Assembly: GCF_009914755.1 (NCBI RefSeq)
Contig: NC_060936.1
DNA length: 64,000 bases
Source: the human T2T-CHM13v2.0 reference genome, Homo sapiens
Strand: one strand, 5' to 3'
Of the stretch, positions 55,170 to 64,000 are shown piece after piece. Position 1 is the stretch's first letter; each line of letters opens with the position of its first letter. The translations under genes were made by a program, and so were the position numbers. A model generated the notes under the pieces. It had not been told where the DNA came from and ran no database searches. It was given only the letters and a program-made list of their open reading frames with translations.

Positions 55170-56200
55170 CACTCACTTCACAAACTTTCATTGAGCATTT
55201 ACTACATTCTGGGCATTGTGCTAGGCTCAAGGGACTCAGAGATAAATAAGGCTCCATTTTGATCCTCTCAACCAATCAACCTCCTGTAAAGAGGTGTTTG
55301 CTAGATATGGAACCAACCTAAGTGTCAATCAACCAAAGACTGGATAAAGAAAATGTAGTATATATACACCATAGAATACTACTCAGCCATAAAAAAATAA
55401 AATAAAATAAAGTGTTTTGCCACAACTTGAATGGAGCTGGAAGCCATTATTCTAAGTGAGGTAACTCAGGAATGGAAAACCAAATACCATATGTTCTCAC
55501 TTATAAGTGGAAGCTAAGCTATGGGTATGCAAAGGCATACAGAGTGGTATAATGGACATTGGAGACTCAGAAGGGGGAGGGTAGGAAGGAGAATGAGGAA
55601 TAAAAAACTACATGTAGAGTAGGATATACACTACCCGGGTGACGGCTGCACTAAAATCTCAGGCCTCACCACCACACAATTCGTCTGTGTAACCAAAAAC
55701 CACTTGTGCCCCTAAAGCTATTGAAATTAAAGTATATATAAAAAAAGTGTTTGTTGAGAGCCTGTGGGGAAGTCAGGCAATTGAACAAGACAGGTATATA
55801 ATTATAGTTGCTACTCAGTGCAATGAGAGCTGTAACAGAAGAGTGTTTAAGCAGGGAAAAGGTAACGAGGCAGCACAGAGATGGAACAATAGGCTCTGCT
55901 CTGGGTGGACTGAGGAAGGCTCCTAAGAGGACATGGTTGGTTTTCCATAAGGACAAGGAAGGGAAGAGAATTTCAGCACATCATGTGCAAAGGGGTAAGG
56001 TAGTTTGGCAACTTCAGGAAAATGATAGAATATGCTGTGTGTGTTGTGGGCTGTGCAGGAGTAGGTGACACAGGAGGCTGCACTGGAGGAGTGCGCAGGG
56101 CACAGCCCATAGAGCTGCCTGGTGGGGCTGCCAGGGAGTTTGGACCTAAGCCTGTAGGCAACAGGGAACCTTATTCCCAGGGGAAGGGAGGTGAGATGTG
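55170..56200 (-). mobile_element. L2 fragments flanking the L1PB insertion
   Basis: ttcattgagcatttactacattctgggcattgtgctagg..; purine-rich body resumes after the L1. Confidence 0.55.
55303..55745 (+). mobile_element. L1PB 3' end (5'-truncated)
   Basis: ORF2 C-terminal DNA (ggataaagaaaatgt..gaatactactcagccataaaaa), atgttctcacttataagtgg, L1PB-type 3' UTR; TSD-like gtgtttg on both sides. Confidence 0.9.
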
Positions 56201-56215
56201 TGTCTTGCCTCAGCA

Positions 56216-56427
56216 TGTACATCAGTTTCCTAGGGCTGCCAAGACAAAGTACCCCAAGCCAGGTGGCTTAAAACCATAGAAATTTATTCTCTCCCAGCTC
56301 TGGAGGTCAGACATCTGAAATCAAGGTGTGTGCAGGGTTGGTTCCTTTTTGGAGGCTTTGAGGGAAAATCTGTTTCTTACCTCCCTGCTAGCTTCTGGTT
56401 TCTGACAGCAATGTTTAACATTCCTGA
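56216..56427 (-). mobile_element. MLT1C/D partial LTR
   Basis: agtttcctagggctgcc..ggtggcttaaaac..gaaatttattctctc..ctgaaatcaaggtgt. Confidence 0.8.
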
Positions 56428-56544
56428 GCCCAGGGGAGAATACCTCATGGAAAGGGAAGCGTGCTGACAATATGATCTGGGCAAGCCAAGGATATGAGGA
56501 CATAGAAGGGGTAAACAAGCCAAGAAAGCCTGTCTGTTGGTCTC

Positions 56545-57049
56545 TGTGATTGTTCATTTTATGGGTAAACCTCACTGGGTCACAGTGTCCCCAGATATCT
56601 GGTCAAAAATGATTCTGGGTGTGACTATGAGGGTGTTTCTGGATGAGATGAGCATTTGAATTAGTGGACTGAGTAGAGCAGATTGCCCTCCCCAATGTAG
56701 GCATCCTCATCCAATCAACTGAAGGCCTGAATAGAACAAAAACACCGACCTACTTGTGAGTAAGAGGGACCTCCTCCTGCCTGACTGCTTGAGCTGAGAT
56801 GTCAGCCTTTTCCCGCCTTTGGACTCAAACTGAAGCATTGGCTCTTCCTGGTTGTTGAGCCCGGGTTTTCAGACTGGAACTTACACCATTGGCTCTTCTG
56901 ACACTCCAGCTTGCCAGCTACAGATATTGGGATTTCTCAACCTCCATAACCACATGAGTAATTTCCTTATAATAAATATCTTAACACACACACATACACA
57001 CACACACACCCTGTTAGTTCTGTTTCTCTAGAGAATCCTGACTAATACA
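56545..57049 (+). mobile_element. MLT2 (ERVL) solo LTR with an internal CA run
   Basis: tgtgattgttcattttatg..gggtgtttctggatgagat..gttctgtttctctagagaatcctgactaataca. Confidence 0.9.
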
Positions 57050-58089
57050 GTTTTACAGAGAGAGAATAGAGAGGAAACACAGGACTTTTAAGACACAGTT
57101 GAATCCCATGAACCTCCTTGAGATTCCTTACTTTTGGGGGCAGGGAAGATTCCAGATGAGAAAGCATTTGCATCCCCACTCCATTCTCTCTGTCCAACTA
57201 TCAGGCTGGACTTACTTATCCATTCCCCTATCAACCCCCTCCTTCCCCACTGCTGTCTTGCTGTGAGGATGCTGTGAGCGGATGCCGGCTCCACCAGAAT
57301 CCTCAGTGGGCAGAGACAAAAGAATGTGTCCCCCCCACATCCCAAGCCACTGTCATCACCACTCTCCAAACGCTGGCCAATGGGCCATAAAGCAGCTACC
57401 GGCCCTCAGGATGAATCAAAAGGAAGGCTACTCCCTCCCTCGTGCCTGGGCGTTTGTCCTACCCCAAGTGGAGATGGCAGAATGGTTAAACCCAGCAGAT
57501 TTCCTAAGACAGCAGTGCTTTAAGGTGACTTTCATGTGCCCTTTCCTTTACATTTTAATGGCACTCTAATGTTGAATTAAAATGGAATTCCTATGGAAAT
57601 GTACAATGTCTAAATCAATACTTGCTGATTAGTGTCACGAGGATGAATATCAAAAGATGTAATAGCAATGACGAGGCCCAAACCGGGGTGAATAAAGCCA
57701 CCTGTGTCCATTAACTCAAGCCTGACTAATGCTAAATTACGATAAAATATCTAGGAAATTCTGGCCAGAGCCACTTTAAAGCCCACAAAATGTAGCCTAA
57801 TTAGCACTATGATGACAAATGCAGGAGGAATTCATTATGCCCAAAGACTCCTTGTAAAGTCCAATTTTACAAACTCTTCCTTTTTTTGCCAACACGATGC
57901 CTAGAAGGCTACGGGTGGCTTAAATACCACTAGGCAACTGCTTTTCCAGGTGCTGAGCTAAGTCAGGCTCCACGTGGGCATCAGAGAGTGAGTAACAGAG
58001 GGAGGAGGGGGTTTGTAACTCCCCTTCTCTCTTAGTCATGGCAATCAATCTGTCTGTGCATCTCTGAATCTATGTGTCTATATATGTAT

Positions 58090-58325
58090 TATAGTTTAAT
58101 TGTTATGAGTGCAGGCTCTCATGCCAGACATTCAGGCCTGCACTCTGCCTTTTTCTACTCAGGTAACCTTAGTAAGGTTACCCTGTACCTCAGTTTCCCC
58201 AAATGAAAAGGAGGATAACAATAATACCCTCTCATAGGGTAGGTATGAATATCAAATAAGTTATTACATTCAAAGGGTCTTCAGCAGTGCCTACACCAAG
58301 CAGCACATGGCAAGTGTCAGCTATT
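58090..58325 (+). mobile_element. MIR SINE
   Basis: ctgtacctcagtttccccaaatgaaaaggaggataacaata..tcatagggt. Confidence 0.75.
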
Positions 58326-58429
58326 TTATGTTCTATTTTTAAATCTGCTTTTTAAAAAATTTACTACAGAAGCCGTAGGCTAAAAAAGAAGGCATTTAGA
58401 CAACTCTGCCCTGCCAACACTTCCCTGCT

Positions 58430-58570
58430 CAGAATCACACAAAACCACAGGATGTTATAGAAGAAAGAAACCTTTTAATGGAGAACATGTAATTCAGCCC
58501 TTCTCATTTACAGATGAAGAATCGGAGGCCCGGGTAGGGGAGGAGACTGTCTAAGGGTCACTCAGATAGT
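58430..58570 (-). mobile_element. MIR/MIR3 fragment
   Basis: ctcatttacagatgaagaatcggaggccc..ctaagggtcac. Confidence 0.65.
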
Positions 58571-58574
58571 TCTG

Positions 58575-60760
<2,186 letters not shown>

Positions 60761-61830
60761 CTGGGATTCAAGCCCAGTTCTACAGATTCTCAGAGGATGA
60801 CAGCTCTGTTGCAGCATTAATCTTCAGGGTTGGTGATATTTTCATACCATTGGTTTCTAGTTCCTCTATTTCTCATCAAATTCCAAAAGAAGTCATTCTG
60901 TGTCTGCACAGCTTAGGAAAAATTCCCAGAATTGTTGCTGCCTGGCTCCTTGTTTGAACTTTAGTTTATGTCAAGTAAGGCTATTTTCAACCCTGTGTAA
61001 AATGTAGATATTAAGTCTGAGAAACAGAAGCCCTCCATCGCCTCTGTGTCCCAAGACAAAATAAGCAGGCCACTCAATGTATCTGCTGCCCTGAAACCTA
61101 CAACAACTCAAACTTCTTCACATCTCCCCTTTTCCCCCACTCTTGCCATGGAATAGATCCCACCACAGAAAATCAGAGCCTGTATTAGGTCTCGGCAATC
61201 TGGGAGACCAGTGCACGTCAGGGCACAATGCCTGACAGTTGATTTATTAGAGGCAACCACAGAGGTTAAAGGCAACCCAAAATTCATCTGTAAGCAGAGA
61301 GCCACAATCAGTGACTTTTCTCAAAGCCAAGAGACAGCTGGTGGTCTGCTTTCTTCCCTGTGGGCTGAGATCCTGGGGACTGCAACAGTTTCCACAGCAC
61401 ACTGCAAGCAGAAGCAGGCAGGACACAGATGATGGTGCCCAAGTTAGGGAGTAATTTCTGGGATTGAGCGGGATGTGGTGGAAGAATAAGAGTGAGTCCC
61501 CGAGAATTACTGTGACTTAGCATTTTCCTGATGGAGAGTAGAGAGGGAGAGAAGGGTCCTAAGCCCTGGAGGTCTACAGTGGTAGCTCCCATGCCTGTCT
61601 GAGTCTACTCTAGGCTATAGGTCTTTGGTTGTACTTGTCTACTGAGTTTTGGTTGTTGCATTAGTAGGATCAGGGTGTCCCTTCATGTCACTGTTTCTGA
61701 TATTTATGCCATTGTTTTAGCAGTGGAATATCCTATACCTTGCTTTGAAGTTGCAAGTTTCAAGCACTTCTTTAAAATATTCAGGGAGAAAAGGAAATGC
61801 GTAAAACATTTTTTTAAAAAGGCATATTGG

Positions 61831-62610
<780 letters not shown>

Positions 62611-63131
62611 TCTGGCAGGTCCAAATGTGGATGAGACTCCTATAGAGATCTGTGAACTAAAAGGACAAATTGCCTGCCCACCACACACAACATGCAAGGG
62701 TATGACACGAACACTCCCTTCAAGGGGATGTTGAGAAGCACAAAGCATTCGCTGATTCAGAGCAATCCTGAAATCCAGGCCTATACTGTCAGCTCCCTTG
62801 ACTCCAGGATCAATCAACATTCCTTAATTAGAGTCCATTTCTGCTCTCTGGAAATGGTTCCCCAATTTATTGTTTTCCTCAGGTCTTAGATTTGCTCTCT
62901 GGACTTTGCTCTTTGAAATACTTTTCATTTTCTATAAGAAATGGACTGTGTCCTCAGCGGAGCAGCTTTCTTAGCCTGCTTTCTTCCCAAAGAAAGCTGG
63001 AGGCCCAGAGACCTCTTTATTTTTGATGGCCTCTGTCCTAAAATACAAACTGGTGGGGCTTTCTTGAATACACTTCTCTTAAAAACTTCATAGATTTTTC
63101 CGTGAATCTTACGGAGATTATTTTGTGCCAC

Positions 63132-63609
63132 TGTGGTACATCGTCTCCCATGGCCACAATATTCCTTCCAATCTCACATGCACTTTTGAAATGTGACTTT
63201 GCCAGTATTTCCATCATGATTTGAGGTGTGTTACCCCTGTCACTAGATCCAAGCTGAACCAGTGACTTGCTGTGATTAACAGCATGCAACTGAAGTGATT
63301 GTGTATCACTTCAAGACCAAGGAAGGCCTTAAGAAACTTGGAAGCTTCTACTTTTGTACTCTTAGAGCCGTGCAATGCCACAGAAGTCAGACTATCCTGT
63401 TAGAGATAGAGACCAAGTGGAAGAGCACGAAGCACCCCAGGCTCCCAGCAGCAATGTGGTTCCAGACATGAGTGAATCCAGTGATATCATGTGTCCCTCT
63501 GAGCCCTGCCAGAATTTCTCATCTAGAGAACTGGGAATAGCAAAACGATTGTTGACTTAAGCCACTAAGTTCTGGAATGGTGTGATGTACAATGGTAGAT
63601 AACCAGACG
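63132..63609 (+). mobile_element. MLT1G/H-like MaLR LTR
   Basis: aatgtgactttgcc..gtgacttgct..ctgagccctgcc..ttaagccactaagtt..tagataacc. Confidence 0.75.
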
Positions 63610-64000
63610 AAGAGGGCTGGTTGGCTTCTAAGAGCTTTCACAGGTATGTTGTCATCTTGTTAAACTCATTCAATTGTAAAGACTCAAAACTTTAGTCTTC
63701 ATTGAGATCCCAGCATAGGTCAGAGTAGGTGATAATGACTTATGTTAACCAAACTCACAGAAAATGATAGATAAATTACAATATCAATTCACTCTTATAC
63801 CAAGAAAAATGTTGCTGTTAGGTGGACAAGATGTGTGTTCCCATCTTCTGGCCAGTGAAGCATCTCATAGTGGAAAAGCTATATGGGGCAACAGTGGATA
63901 ATTAGAGGGTTATTTGGTGAAAAAAATCAAGAATGAGGGGCGTCAGGAACATAGAATGCCCAAATGCATGCAGCTATGGCCATGCCTTCCAGAAGGGTTT

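Overview
Primate (human-like) non-coding genomic DNA, either intergenic or deep intronic. It contains about a dozen Alu copies (J, S and Y types), L1 3' fragments, many MIR and L2 relics, MaLR/ERVL/ERV1 solo LTRs, DNA-transposon fossils and microsatellites. I find no convincing protein-coding exon, RNA gene or CRISPR array, and I cannot name the locus. The ORF track is almost entirely chance or repeat-derived, and the only protein-like remnant is a decayed Mutator-like transposase piece inside a Ricksha element (~50.7-52.6 kb). The most notable structures are a multi-layer transposon nest at 26.5-28.3 kb with readable TSDs, a trimeric Alu inside one TSD, two ancient local duplications of unclassified sequence (13.8/16.0 kb and 48.5/50.1 kb), and several motif- or CpG-rich candidate regulatory islands. 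The sequence alone does not support a new biological system. Repeat family names come from recalled consensus sequences, and the boundaries of old repeats are approximate.
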